Positions 18,485 to 29,026 of a stretch of 64,000 nt of DNA are shown one piece after another. This DNA comes from an uncultured Dehalococcoidia bacterium (GTDB taxonomy: Bacteria; Chloroflexota; Dehalococcoidia; Lucifugimonadales; UBA3495), in assembly GCA_951812625.1 (NCBI GenBank), contig CATOSP010000003.1:245335-309334 (forward strand). The letters run 5' to 3'. A model generated the notes under the pieces. It did not search any database, was not told the origin of the DNA, and saw only the letters and a program-made list of their open reading frames with translations. Position 1 is the stretch's first letter. The number at the start of each line of letters is the position of its first letter. The translations under genes and the position numbers were made by a program.

Positions 18485-19621
18485 TTACAGGGCCATCAGG
18501 CGGGCCATCCTTGCCTTGTGATAAATGGCGTCCCCCAGGTAGTGCTGGAGAGTCCTGGCGCGCTTGGTGTACTGGGTCAGACCGTACTCCAGGTCTGAGC
18601 CGATGCCGCCGTGGACGTGGTGGGAGCAGTCGCACGCCTTGGGGAACCCGTCGCTGACCACCGCCTTGGCCATCGACACAGCCACGCCTGCGCCGGCGTC
18701 GCCCTCGTCTATCTGGGAAAGGGCATCGTAGGTGGACCACTTGGCGGCGTCGGCCTCGTTCAGGCAATCAATCACGTGGTCCTGCACCCGCTGGAACGTT
18801 CCAATCGGCACCCCGAAGGCGATCCGGGTCTGGCTGTATTCCTGGGACATTTCGAAGACCCTTTGGGTCCCGCCGGTCATGTAGGCGCAGAGGGCGGCTG
18901 TGGCCCTTTCCGTTGCTTTGTCTATGGCCGGCCACGCCCCGTCCACCGGGCCCAGCACGTTGGCTTCGGGGACTTCCACATTGGAGAAGTTGACCTCGCA
19001 GACCTTGGGGCCGATCCACCCCGTCTGCACCCGGACCGAAACGCCGGGCGCGTCCTTCTCCACCACCAACATGCTGATGCCCTGGTCGGGTGTCTCACCC
19101 GGGGAAGTGCGGGCAACCACGATCAGTTGGTCGGCCACGTTCGCGTCTGGGATGAACAGCTTGGACCCGTTCAGCACGAAGTTGCCGTTGCGGCGAGTGG
19201 CGGGAAGCTGCACGGTTCCGGGACCCCAGCCATAGTCCGGTTCGGTCTGGGCAAAGGCGAATATCTGCTGCCCCGAAGCGATGGACGGCAACAACGCCTG
19301 CTTCTGGGACTCGTCTCCGGCTTCCAGGATGGCCTGGGCGGAGAGCACCGCCGAAGACAGCAACGGGCTGGGGCAGGCGTAGAACCCCAGCAGCTCCTGC
19401 ACCACGCCCATGTCGGTGAAGGAGTTGCCGGAACCCCCGTACTCTTCGGGGATAGCCATGCCGGCCCAGCCGATCTCGCACATCATTTCCCAGATGTCGA
19501 CTGCGAAACCGCTCTCGCTGTCATCGATTTCAAGCACACGCGACTTGGGCATCTCCGCTTCCAGAAATTCCCTGGCGGAATTCTGCAACAGAGTCTGAAT
19601 CTCGGTAAGGGCAAGGTCCAT
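18485..19621 (-). CDS. Acyl-CoA dehydrogenase-family protein (FadE27/28-like subunit)
   Basis: IPEEYGG, FAQTEP, LNGSKLF, RIAFGVPIGTFQ, HGGIG. Confidence 0.9.
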   Translation of the reverse strand: MDLALTEIQTLLQNSAREFLEAEMPKSRVLEIDDSESGFAVDIWEMMCEIGWAGMAIPEEYGGSGNSFTDMGVVQELLGFYACPSPLLSSAVLSAQAILEAGDESQKQALLPSIASGQQIFAFAQTEPDYGWGPGTVQLPATRRNGNFVLNGSKLFIPDANVADQLIVVARTSPGETPDQGISMLVVEKDAPGVSVRVQTGWIGPKVCEVNFSNVEVPEANVLGPVDGAWPAIDKATERATAALCAYMTGGTQRVFEMSQEYSQTRIAFGVPIGTFQRVQDHVIDCLNEADAAKWSTYDALSQIDEGDAGAGVAVSMAKAVVSDGFPKACDCSHHVHGGIGSDLEYGLTQYTKRARTLQHYLGDAIYHKARMARLMAL

Positions 19622-19680
19622 GTCGGTCTCCTTAGATGGTCTTTGCAAGGGTCCGGAGCGACTGCTTGTGGCCCCCTCCT

Positions 19681-20892
19681 CTAACGGGTGGGAGCCGTCA
19701 CCTCCGGCGCTGCATGTTGAGTCTCCTGGTAATCTTGCCAGTCCTGCGAGTTGCTGGCAACCTCTTCCGGCGGACTGCCCAGCCCCAGGGCGCTTGCGAT
19801 GACCGCCAGGTCTCCCGCAACTTCGGACTCAGGGGGCGTGGCTGCCACAGCCAGCCGTTGCATACGCTCAAACCCGCCGCTGGCGGGAGCGCGGGGATCG
19901 CCGGCATCCAGCAGGGCGTACATGCCCGCCACCTGCCGCGCAATCTCGGCCATCCTGCGGGCGGTGCGCCGTTCCAACTCCCGAGTCTGGGACGCATGGT
20001 ATGTCAATTCCCGCCCCGTCTCCTTCATCCAGGCGTCGCGGGTGCGGAACAGGGCGGCCAGACGGGAGTTGATGCAGGCTTCCATCAGCAATTGCTGGTA
20101 ATTGGGCTCATTGGCCAGGCTCTCGCCCTCATGCACCGTCTCACCGGCGTAATCCAAGAGCTGGGTCAGCCCCTCGTCCTCCGGCAGTGGCGGCAATGGC
20201 TCCATATCCGCCGCGTGGAGCGCCGGTCCGAGCGCCCAGCCGTCATCCTCGCTACCCAAAAGGCAATTGGGAGGGACGCGGACGTTGTGAAAGGTGATGA
20301 GCCAGTCTGAGCCAGTGTTGAGGCGGCGCGGCATGGACACCGACACCCCATCCAGACCCGCCGGTATCAGGAACACGGAGACGTCCGGCGCGGGACCATT
20401 AGCCCCGCTGACCGCCTGTACCCACAGGAAGTCCGGCGACGGTCCCGGCCCGGAGAACAGGTCGGAGCCGGCGAGAATGTAGTCGTCGCCGTCACGAAGG
20501 ACCTCAACCGGCGTTCCGGCGGGATCAACTGAGCCATCGGAGCTTTGAGACGGCATCCAGCAGGCCAGTTCTCCCGGCGTTGCGGCGGACAGAAACGTGC
20601 GTCGTTGATCAGGCGAACCATGCTCGTCGACGGCGTTCAGTACCACCGCCGCCTGTTGGACCGTCTCCCGCAGCCCGAGCCGCTCCAGCTCCTGGAGCAG
20701 CACAACCCTGCGGTCCGGGTCTTGGGATGAGTCAAGCCAACCCCGCTGGCCGAGCAGGGAAATCAGCGGCCCCGTGGATTCCTGGGCATCAGAGGGAGCG
20801 GTTGATGCGCCGGGCAAATGGAGGTCAAGCAGGGACCGCACTTCCAGGCGGAACCGTTCCTGGTCATCGGAGTAGTGGTACCGAAAGTCCAA
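19681..20892 (-). CDS. Divergent acyl-CoA dehydrogenase-family paralog
   Basis: Same N-terminus as the neighbouring ACAD (MDFRYHY); eroded FAD-binding motifs; TTG start. Confidence 0.7.
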   Translation of the reverse strand: MDFRYHYSDDQERFRLEVRSLLDLHLPGASTAPSDAQESTGPLISLLGQRGWLDSSQDPDRRVVLLQELERLGLRETVQQAAVVLNAVDEHGSPDQRRTFLSAATPGELACWMPSQSSDGSVDPAGTPVEVLRDGDDYILAGSDLFSGPGPSPDFLWVQAVSGANGPAPDVSVFLIPAGLDGVSVSMPRRLNTGSDWLITFHNVRVPPNCLLGSEDDGWALGPALHAADMEPLPPLPEDEGLTQLLDYAGETVHEGESLANEPNYQQLLMEACINSRLAALFRTRDAWMKETGRELTYHASQTRELERRTARRMAEIARQVAGMYALLDAGDPRAPASGGFERMQRLAVAATPPESEVAGDLAVIASALGLGSPPEEVASNSQDWQDYQETQHAAPEVTAPTR

Positions 20893-21009
20893 CGCGCGCT
20901 CCCGGAATGGCCCCCTGCATCAAGTGACGAGTCCTCCATGTGGTGTGGGGCCGGAGACACCGCAGAGGATCCGCATTTGGATGAAATACCGGGTCCGGTC
21001 CCAGGCCGG

Positions 21010-21822
21010 TTACTGCCGTTCCTGCTGGAGGAACTGGCGTATGCTTTCTATGGTTGCATCTTCGTTGGAACGGAAAGCGTAGCCGCCCCGTTCCTCTTCC
21101 AGGATGGTCTGGGCAATCTCCCACCCCTGAGTCGGCAATCCCACCAGGCTGTCCTTGGGCACACGCACACTGTCCAGTACGATGGTGCGCTCGCTGCCCG
21201 CCAGCATTCGCTTGGTGACTATCGAGATGCCGGGCAGGGTGGCGTCAACCATGAGTATGCCCAGGTTCATGCGTGAAGGCCGGTCCGGGTCGGTGACTGC
21301 CAGCGTCCACAGGTAGTCCGGGTCAAACCGCCCGGTGATGAAAGCCTTTTCGCCGGAGACAACGTATTCGTCGCCCTCGAGTACCGCGCTCGTGCTGATG
21401 GATGCGAGGTCAGACCCGCTGCGCGGTTCGTTGAAAGCCTGCCAGGTGATGGTCTCGCCCCGGAGCGCCGGCAGGACGTACCGCTGCTTCTGTTCCTCGG
21501 TTCCCCAGACCATCATGGCCGGTATCCAGCGGCTGTTGTCGCCCATGGACGGGAGGATAAGCTGCTGGATTTCCTCCTGCAGCACCTCGGCGAATGCTGG
21601 ACTGAAACCGCCGCCTCCGTATTCCTTGGGCCAGGTTGGGGCAAGCCAGCCCTGCGCCCCCAGCAGCCTCCTGAATTCCTTGACCCGTTCCTGGGTCTCG
21701 TTATTCAGAGGCCGGCCATCGGGCGGGATGTTCAGGTCCCGGGGAGCGTGCTGTTGCAGCCAATTGCGCACCGCCCAACGGAACTCCTGCTGGGCCCTGG
21801 TGTAATTCTTCTCAAACTCTAT
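21010..21822 (-). pseudogene. Truncated acyl-CoA dehydrogenase (N-terminal and middle domains only)
   Basis: WPKEYGGGG and FNEPRSGSDLAS present; stops before the C-terminal helical domain; the homologous start position is ATA (21822-21820). Confidence 0.6.
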
Positions 21823-21939
21823 GATGGCCCTCTGGACGGGACGTGTGTCCCTTCTGGACGAAATTATCCGGCGGGCCCCAGGGCAGACCGCGTCGTGCCC
21901 TCAAACCTCGCCGGACGATGGTTCCTGGTTCGCTGTAGC

Positions 21940-23163
21940 CTAGACGCCGGAGACGCCCGAGGTGGACGGTGTGGCGGCGGCCCGCTCCCTGGTGCGGCTG
22001 ATGCCCAGGCGCCGGGCCATGATTACCTTCTGAATCTCGATGGTGCCGCCGGGATGCGCCCCGGTCAGGCTGCTGCGCTGGTACACCTCCGGCTGCCCGC
22101 CGAAGGGAGCGCGTGGTTCATTGACGCCCAGCAGGGAGTACATGCCCATGATGTTCCGGGCCTTGTCGGCATTCCGGATCCGGAACTCCTTGCGGTACAG
22201 GGCGCTCTGGGAACCGTGGTAGGTCATTTCCTGGCGCGCCTGGTACATCCAGTAGTTGCGCCGGGAGAGCAGGTCGTGGATGCGGGACTCAATGTAGGCC
22301 CCCATCGCGTCTTGCTGCACCACGGGGTCCTCTCCAAGGCTGTCCCCGTTGCTGCCGGTGCCCCGGACGTACATAAGCAGGTTGTCCAGCGCCTCGTCAC
22401 GGGGCATCACGATGCCGCGGCCGCCGTGCTCGATTTCCAGGGTGGTCTGCGACACCTGCCAGCCTTCCCGATCCCCACCGATCAGGTGGTCGCCGGGGAC
22501 GCGGACGTTGTCCATGAAGATGAAGCTCTGGTCGTTCCCGGTGAGCAGGTTCAACCTCTTCAACTCAAGACCGGGCGCAGGGCATGGGATGAGGAAGTAA
22601 CCCAGGTTGCGGTGTCGCGGCGCATCGGGATCGGTGACGATGGGGCCGAACAGGAAGTCAGGGTCGCCGTGGCCGCTGATGAAAGTCTTCTGGCCGGAGA
22701 TTATCCAGTCGTCGCCGTCGCGCACCGCGCGGCTCTGGAGGGAGGCAAGGTCGGAGCCGGCATTGGGTTCGGTGAAGTTCTGGAAGGCGACCTTTTCGGC
22801 CCGTAGTATGGGGGCCAGCAGGTTTCGCTTCTGCTCCTCGGTGCCCCACACCAGCATCGTCGGGAAGACGTAGGTGTTGGTGAAGTCCGGGACGACCCTT
22901 GCCCGCTCGAACTCTTCGTTAATGATGGTCTCGTGCTCTCCGCTGAGGCCGCCCCCGCCGTACTCCTTGGGGTAGGTGGGATAGAGCCAGCCCTTGGAGG
23001 CCAGGACCTGGTGCATCTGCCGCCAGAAGGTGTAGTGCTCCTCGGTCAGGTCGAGCCGGTCCACCGGGGCGCGCATATTGCCGGGGATGTTCTCTTCCAG
23101 CCAGGTGCGCACCTCTTGTCTAAACGCTTCCTGCTCCGGTGTGTAATGGTACTTGAAATCCAT
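21940..23163 (-). CDS. Acyl-CoA dehydrogenase (FadE26/29-like subunit)
   Basis: YPKEYGGGG, FTEPNAGSDLASL, ISGQKTF, GGTIEIQKVIMARRLG; SD GAGGAGG. Confidence 0.92.
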   Translation of the reverse strand: MDFKYHYTPEQEAFRQEVRTWLEENIPGNMRAPVDRLDLTEEHYTFWRQMHQVLASKGWLYPTYPKEYGGGGLSGEHETIINEEFERARVVPDFTNTYVFPTMLVWGTEEQKRNLLAPILRAEKVAFQNFTEPNAGSDLASLQSRAVRDGDDWIISGQKTFISGHGDPDFLFGPIVTDPDAPRHRNLGYFLIPCPAPGLELKRLNLLTGNDQSFIFMDNVRVPGDHLIGGDREGWQVSQTTLEIEHGGRGIVMPRDEALDNLLMYVRGTGSNGDSLGEDPVVQQDAMGAYIESRIHDLLSRRNYWMYQARQEMTYHGSQSALYRKEFRIRNADKARNIMGMYSLLGVNEPRAPFGGQPEVYQRSSLTGAHPGGTIEIQKVIMARRLGISRTRERAAATPSTSGVSGV

Positions 23164-23518
23164 CTGGGAACCTCCTCCTCGTTTAGACACTGACGTCCGT
23201 GTCAGCAATGGCGGGCTGCCCGGCTTGCGCCTTTTCCAGCGCTACCACAATGGCCGAAAATATAGCCCGTACACCCCTCTTTGTCAACCTGCACAGCCTC
23301 CTCAGCAGGGTCTCTTCAGAGGCGCTTCCTGTGTCAAACTCCCCGGCCCAACCGTCAGTGACATGAGAATAGCATCTTCCGGTTGTGCGTGGCCCACCGG
23401 GCCAACCTCAATTCCTGCAATAACCCCTGCCCTCGACCCGAGCAGGGTCAGGACCCGCTCGCGGCCGTCTGACGGCCGCCCCCCCTAACACGAGACACTG
23501 CCTGCTGAAAATTGCCCC

Positions 23519-23547
23519 TTGCCAAAGGTATAGAACTTATGTACTAT
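23519..23547 (+). promoter_or_regulatory. Sigma70 promoter overlapped by a putative LexA box
   Basis: TTGCCA-N17-TACTAT; AGAAC-TTAT-GTACT at 23532-23545 resembles the GAAC-N4-GTTC SOS box. Confidence 0.6.
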
Positions 23548-23715
23548 GACGTCAGTCCGACCCGTAAGACCCTCTATCGGAAGATACCCTTATAAGGAGG
23601 GCAGGGCCAGTCCAGGACAGCCACTGAGGCGCATGATGTTTAGTGTCTGAAATAGCTGACAACGCAACCCGCGAACACCAGCCTGGCCCCTCCCCAGAAT
23701 CCACCTTTGGCTCGT

Positions 23716-23932
23716 CCAGCCACCCAAAATGTCCGGTTTTGTCCGCATCTGACCGGAAAATCGGAATTTTTCCTTCCACTGTCCGGTCTGCCCACTGTCC
23801 CATCTATTGCAGGGCGACCCGTTCCCGGCAGTATTTCTGCTCCCCGGATTCCACCCCCAGCCACCCCGAATGCCCGGTTCTGTCCGCTCAGTCGGCCACG
23901 GACTGCCACACTTGACCAGAAAATCGAGAAAT
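23716..23932 (+). repeat. Imperfect direct repeats with 10-bp phased G(T/A)CCG units
   Basis: CCAGCCACCCAAAATGTCCGGTTTTGTCCGC (23716) vs CCAGCCACCCCGAATGCCCGGTTCTGTCCGC (23857). Confidence 0.7.
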
Positions 23933-24017
23933 CTCCCCCTTTCGCAAAACGGGGATTAAGGGGGATTTACCCCGTCACTCCACACCCAATCGCTCACTCT
24001 CTTAAAGAGGTAAAGCA

Positions 24018-24545
24018 ATGACTTTCTCCCAGCTCAGGTCCCAGGTCGACGCCCTCTTACGCAAGTACGCAACCGAAGTCGAGACCTACCGCCTCGGCAA
24101 AGTCACCACTGAATTCTGCGATGAGGTGGCCGACGCCCTGACCAACCCCAAGTCTGGCCCCGTGAAGGACCCCTTCGATTGGGCCTCCGTATTGTTCAAG
24201 CGGATGGCCAAACGCGGTTACCGCCCCCGGAACCTCACGCCTATCCAGAACTACCTGAGTCGTTGCCTGCAGGAGCGCCGCGTCCTCCCCCAGGCCCGCG
24301 AGGTCCTGCGTGCCCTGCTGCCCAGGGCAGCCGAACGCGGCCTTATCCCCCGCACCGTCGAAGACCCCGTCCCCATCTGCGCCATGAAACGCGGGCTGGA
24401 GAACGCTGGCAAGGGTGACGATTCAGGCCAGTCAGGCTTGGGTCTGTCGGACCTGATCGAACACTGGCAGAAGATGGACTACTGGCGGCAGTTGGCCAAG
24501 GGTTCCTTGCCGGGACCGGGCCTGGCAGAAGGGGCAACAGCGTAG
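24018..24545 (+). CDS. Hypothetical protein
   Basis: SD GAGG; 175 aa; helical; GC-typical codons. Confidence 0.7.
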   Translation: MTFSQLRSQVDALLRKYATEVETYRLGKVTTEFCDEVADALTNPKSGPVKDPFDWASVLFKRMAKRGYRPRNLTPIQNYLSRCLQERRVLPQAREVLRALLPRAAERGLIPRTVEDPVPICAMKRGLENAGKGDDSGQSGLGLSDLIEHWQKMDYWRQLAKGSLPGPGLAEGATA

Positions 24546-24974
24546 AGCCTGCCCCGGCTTGACCGGTGATGGGACCCCGCTGGCCGTCGTTGGATTGCCC
24601 GGCCACCTGGTACCGGAACGCTGCCGTCTCCTGCCGTCGAGAGAATTGCGAAATTCCGGAGACGGAAAAATAGCGCCGGGAATGGGTACACCCGTTCCGG
24701 AATTACACTCCAACGAAAAACAACATAACAGTCAGTCCTGATATGATAAGATCGTGGTCACTATCTCAACTGAAGCTGGCCTGACCAGATGCACCATAAC
24801 CCTCGTCGCCACAGCGTTACCCTTCCCATAGAGAACGCCTAATACAACGCCCATCCACTTCAAGTTGTCCTCAATGCGGTTGCCACCTGGCAATGGCCTG
24901 TAGTGCCGTCGCCGCCTCCGGTTCAGAACCTGGCCTGATAGTCGCCCGCCAACGCCACCGGCGCGGAACCCCGC

Positions 24975-26276
24975 ATGACTAAACTTCACTGGCTTATATA
25001 CACTTGCCTAACGCTCATCGCCTTCACCCTGGCAATGACCGCCTGCACAGAGCAAGCACAGCCCGAACTTCCGCTAATTCCGACGGTCCAAAGCGCCACT
25101 GCCGCAACGTCAGCAACTCAGGTCCCTATACCAACACCGTCACCCAGACCAACTCCTACTGCCAAAGCCACTCCGACCGCTGCATCAACCCCGGTTCCCA
25201 CACCAACACCGGGCACTGTTGGACCGCCTCCAACTCCCACACCGACCCTTGTCTTCAGGCCGGGGCCAACCGAGAAATACGTGCCAGCGCCACCCGAGCC
25301 TCCACCCCCGCCTACACGCTATCCTGGCTACAAGAGCTTCCACCCAATGGCCGCCTACACGACCGAACATCCCACCTTCGCTATGAGCTTCCTGACAGCC
25401 TGTGCCTTGAACGCTTCAGGCAGGCCAGTCTGCTGGAACTACCTGAAGGACGTGAAGCCACCTCCCACGCCCACAATCATCGAGGGCCAGAAGATAGAGA
25501 TACCCGAGCCAACAATCTTCGACCCGCCGGACGAAGTCTTCAAGTTCATTACCGCCGGGAACGCCCACTTCTGCGGACTCCGGCAAGACGGCGTCCCGGT
25601 CTGCTGGCTCGCGTCAGATGGCTGGGGCTTCGACTCCATAATGTCTCCACCCGAAGGGGAGACATTTACTTTCATAGACAGCCGCCGATGTTACACATGC
25701 GGCATCCGCCCGGACGGTACGCCCCTCTGCTGGCCGCAGTTCATGGACGACGACACCTGCCCCGAATACAAAATGGTAGAGCCACCGGCCAACGAAAAAT
25801 TTACCGCCCTCACCGGAGGACACGGTATCTCCTGCGGACTCCGTGCCAACGGGACCTTCCTCTGCTACCCGGATATAGAAGGCGTCACCGAACAGGATTT
25901 AGAATCATTGCCAGAACCCGGCGAATCAGAACGTTTCAAGGCCATAGACCTCGCGGGCTGGAGCTTCTGCGCCATCAGGACCGATGGGTCTCCCACCTGT
26001 TGGTACTGGGACATGACCGGTAACCAGTACACACGCAATGCACGCGAACCCGCCATAAACGACATGAACACCATCAGCGTCGGTCACTTCCACGCCTGCG
26101 GGACCCGCGGACACTACAACGGCGTCTGCTGGTGGGTCAACGAAATGCCCGAACCCCACACCTGGCCCGACGATTTAGTGGGTGTCCACGTCATCACCGG
26201 CAACGGCCACCATTCCTGCGGACTATGGGTCGATAGCAGCCGAATCTGCTGGACCGGGATGCCCGATACTCCCTGA
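24975..26276 (+). CDS. Lipoprotein with Pro/Thr stalk and RCC1/BLIP-II-like repeats
   Basis: MTAC lipobox; repeats of ITAGxxHxCGLRxDGxPxCW. Confidence 0.8.
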   Translation: MTKLHWLIYTCLTLIAFTLAMTACTEQAQPELPLIPTVQSATAATSATQVPIPTPSPRPTPTAKATPTAASTPVPTPTPGTVGPPPTPTPTLVFRPGPTEKYVPAPPEPPPPPTRYPGYKSFHPMAAYTTEHPTFAMSFLTACALNASGRPVCWNYLKDVKPPPTPTIIEGQKIEIPEPTIFDPPDEVFKFITAGNAHFCGLRQDGVPVCWLASDGWGFDSIMSPPEGETFTFIDSRRCYTCGIRPDGTPLCWPQFMDDDTCPEYKMVEPPANEKFTALTGGHGISCGLRANGTFLCYPDIEGVTEQDLESLPEPGESERFKAIDLAGWSFCAIRTDGSPTCWYWDMTGNQYTRNAREPAINDMNTISVGHFHACGTRGHYNGVCWWVNEMPEPHTWPDDLVGVHVITGNGHHSCGLWVDSSRICWTGMPDTP

Positions 26277-26622
26277 ACCTCACGACAACAGACTGCTCAA
26301 AGAGACCGAGGATAACTTCCCATAGCATTCTCCTGCGCCATCGTACCCGGAGCCACATCGTTCCTATGCACCCTCATCTAACATTCAGAACAACTGGATT
26401 TGCCACTGTCCGTTTCCGATGCAAGACTGGTTGTTGGTACTTCGGCAAGAGTGTCTTCTGCCGTCGAGATTGACAGTACAGCCTGTGGCAACTACACTCG
26501 AAAGGCTGTGTATTATGTTCTCAGTGCCTGCGAGTACGGGTGGTGAGACAGCGTTAATCGGCCCAATCGTCGGTGGTTTGTTCGATTCTGGACGCGGTGC
26601 CACGGACGTTCCTTGAGTAGAT

Positions 26623-28083
26623 ATGACGACTAGCGGAATGCCATTGAACGATCCTGGCGGCGCGCCCGGCGTTTCCGCCGAGCAGGTGCGGCGGTGCCGC
26701 TCCTGTGGATACGAGAACTCGGCGGAGGGCGCGGAGCGCTGCCACAACTGCTGGATGCTCCTCGAAGGCATAGCGCCCCTGTACATCGGGGAGTCCGTAC
26801 CCAAGAGCTGGTGGCTCAGGCTGCTCACAGCGGGCATGATGGTCAAGTGGGTGCCCCTGGCAATCATCGTCGTCGGCGTCATGTGGTGGTTGTTCGCCTT
26901 CTTCCAGTGGGGGCCGAACCCGGCAAGCGCCATGACTACAATGGAGGCGCACTCGGGCCCGGGCACCTGGGCCTTGGGCCGGGCTGACGCCCAGAACACG
27001 GGCTTCACACCGGACGATGCGCCTGTGCCCGGACAGGTCAAGTGGACATTTACCGATAACGTGCCGATGGAGTCGTCCCCGGCGGTCGTCGAGGGGCAGG
27101 TGTTCCTCACCACCGGGGATGGCCGCACCGTGGCGCTGGACCAGGATACCGGGTCTCTCATCTGGGAGCACGATACCGGCTTCCCGTCCAGTTCATCCCC
27201 CGCCGTATCGGGAGACCTGGTCATCGCATCCTATACCCCCGGCCTGATTGTCGCACTGGACCGGGCTACCGGCATCCCCCAGTGGTCGGTGCACCTGCGT
27301 CAGCCCATATCAGCCTCGCCCATAGTGGCCGAAGGGACCCTCTACTTCGGGGCGGGCGACAGGCTGCTCCACGCAATGGACGTGACTTCCGGCGAAGAGC
27401 TATGGACGTTTCCCACCAAGGACTGGATCGTCTCCCCGGTTGCCTACCATGACGGGACGGTGGTGGTGGCCTCTCAGGACAGCCTGGTCTACCTGGTCAA
27501 CGCCGACTCTGGCAAGGAGCGGCTGATGTTCGATACCGGGAGACAGCGTTTCGGAGGCGGACCGACGGTCAGCGGCGACGTCGTGTACTTCAGTTCCGAC
27601 CGTGGCTGGGTCTGGGCCATCGACCGGCTGGCCAAGTCATGGCCTGGGCAACGGAAGTGGTTCAAGGTAAAGATCAACCTGTTTGTCTGGCAGGTGATCC
27701 ACACGCGCCCGGTCCAGCCTGGCGGCCTGTGGTCCAAGCGGGTCGGCGGCCAGATACAGGGACTGCTGTCAGTGGCCGACGGCAAGGTAATCGGCGCCAC
27801 CAGGGAAGGCAAGGTCTTCGCCCGTGACACAGACTCCGGTGCGGAGGTCTGGTCGGCCCAACTGGACGAGCCCGTATCCACCGAACCCACCGTTGCGGGG
27901 AATACCGTTCTGACAGGTACGGAAAGCGGCAAGGTCTTCGGAGTAGATGCCACCACGGGGGATGTCCTGTGGGACTTCGACGCCGGGACCGGGCTGGTCA
28001 CGGCCAGCCCCATCGTCGCCGGTGACACCATGTTCGTCGTCACCGAGGGCGGCGTCCTCCACGCAGTCACCGCCGCCAACTAG
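26623..28083 (+). CDS. PQQ-binding-like (BamB-type) beta-propeller with N-terminal zinc ribbon and TM helix
   Basis: CRSC...CHNC, a hydrophobic helix, then repeats of SSP.V.....ALD..TG...W. Confidence 0.85.
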   Translation: MTTSGMPLNDPGGAPGVSAEQVRRCRSCGYENSAEGAERCHNCWMLLEGIAPLYIGESVPKSWWLRLLTAGMMVKWVPLAIIVVGVMWWLFAFFQWGPNPASAMTTMEAHSGPGTWALGRADAQNTGFTPDDAPVPGQVKWTFTDNVPMESSPAVVEGQVFLTTGDGRTVALDQDTGSLIWEHDTGFPSSSSPAVSGDLVIASYTPGLIVALDRATGIPQWSVHLRQPISASPIVAEGTLYFGAGDRLLHAMDVTSGEELWTFPTKDWIVSPVAYHDGTVVVASQDSLVYLVNADSGKERLMFDTGRQRFGGGPTVSGDVVYFSSDRGWVWAIDRLAKSWPGQRKWFKVKINLFVWQVIHTRPVQPGGLWSKRVGGQIQGLLSVADGKVIGATREGKVFARDTDSGAEVWSAQLDEPVSTEPTVAGNTVLTGTESGKVFGVDATTGDVLWDFDAGTGLVTASPIVAGDTMFVVTEGGVLHAVTAAN

Positions 28084-28344
28084 AGGCTGCCACAGCCGTC
28101 GGCCAGCCCCGGCGGCTGTGAACACAGGTGACTGCCCCGGCCAATCACCCTCCATCCCCGGCCAGATCCAGACCTGCACGGGGAGCCCCGTCAAAAGGTT
28201 GGTTGCCGGACAGGGCTTGATGCCACCCCCCCAAGCCAAACCGCCCTCATAACGCTGGCTACCCTGCGTCCTTTCCCCTTCCTCTCGGTGAGAACACACA
28301 CCCTGTAGTTTGCAGCCCCTACGGGAGACGAACGCCTGGCATGA

Positions 28345-28387
28345 AATGGGCTTGCCCGTGGACACGATGCCCACGGGCAAGCCCATT
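28345..28387. terminator. Hairpin between convergent genes
   Basis: 17-bp stem AATGGGCTTGCCCGTGG/CCACGGGCAAGCCCATT. Confidence 0.7.
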
Positions 28388-28443
28388 GATTGGCGGTTAT
28401 CGCGGGGCTCTGTGACTGGCCCCTGCGGCCTTGCCGGTGCCGT

Positions 28444-28983
28444 CTAGCAGTCGGCTTTGAGTTGGTCCGAATGTGTGGCTCTGATGGAGGGTCTGTCGTC
28501 CCAGTCTTTCTCGATGGTCCCGGTCACGCAGACTACCTTGTCCAGGTATATCGGGGCGAAATTGGTGCTCTCGGGGAAGTTCTCGGGTTTCAGGGCATCT
28601 TCCTTCCATATCTGCACGGTGAAAGTGTCCGGGATTTCCTGCTCCGAGATGGACGACCCCCGTTCTATCAATGCGCCTGTGTCGAACAGGAGCAAGTGCG
28701 GCCTCCCTGGCCTGCCGGAAATCCACTGGTAATCCTTCACGATGCCGCGGACGGTCACATTTTCCGCACCGACGTGGTCACCAGCCTTGGATGACGGGAT
28801 GAACCCCATGGCCTCCGTCTCAGTGGCCAAAGTACCGGGGTCGCTAGCGGAAGCAGCTCCCTCACTCGACCCGCCGCCGGATTCAGATCCGCCGCTCGGA
28901 CTGGACGCTCCGCAGCCCATGGCCAGAGTCAGCATACCGACCAGAGCCATTACCAGTAGTGGGAACACGATGCCTGATCTCAT
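28444..28983 (-). CDS. Lipoprotein with OB-fold-like domain
   Basis: AMGC lipobox, Ser/Gly linker, VTVRGIV...FTVQIW...VCVTGTI. Confidence 0.7.
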   Translation of the reverse strand: MRSGIVFPLLVMALVGMLTLAMGCGASSPSGGSESGGGSSEGAASASDPGTLATETEAMGFIPSSKAGDHVGAENVTVRGIVKDYQWISGRPGRPHLLLFDTGALIERGSSISEQEIPDTFTVQIWKEDALKPENFPESTNFAPIYLDKVVCVTGTIEKDWDDRPSIRATHSDQLKADC

Positions 28984-29026
28984 AACACTCCCTGCCTTAT
29001 CCGAGATTTGGATGAATCTCCAGTAT

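Noticed and set aside
23716-23932. Possible CRISPR array
   Set aside because: Only two imperfect copies, no regular repeat-spacer structure, and no cas genes
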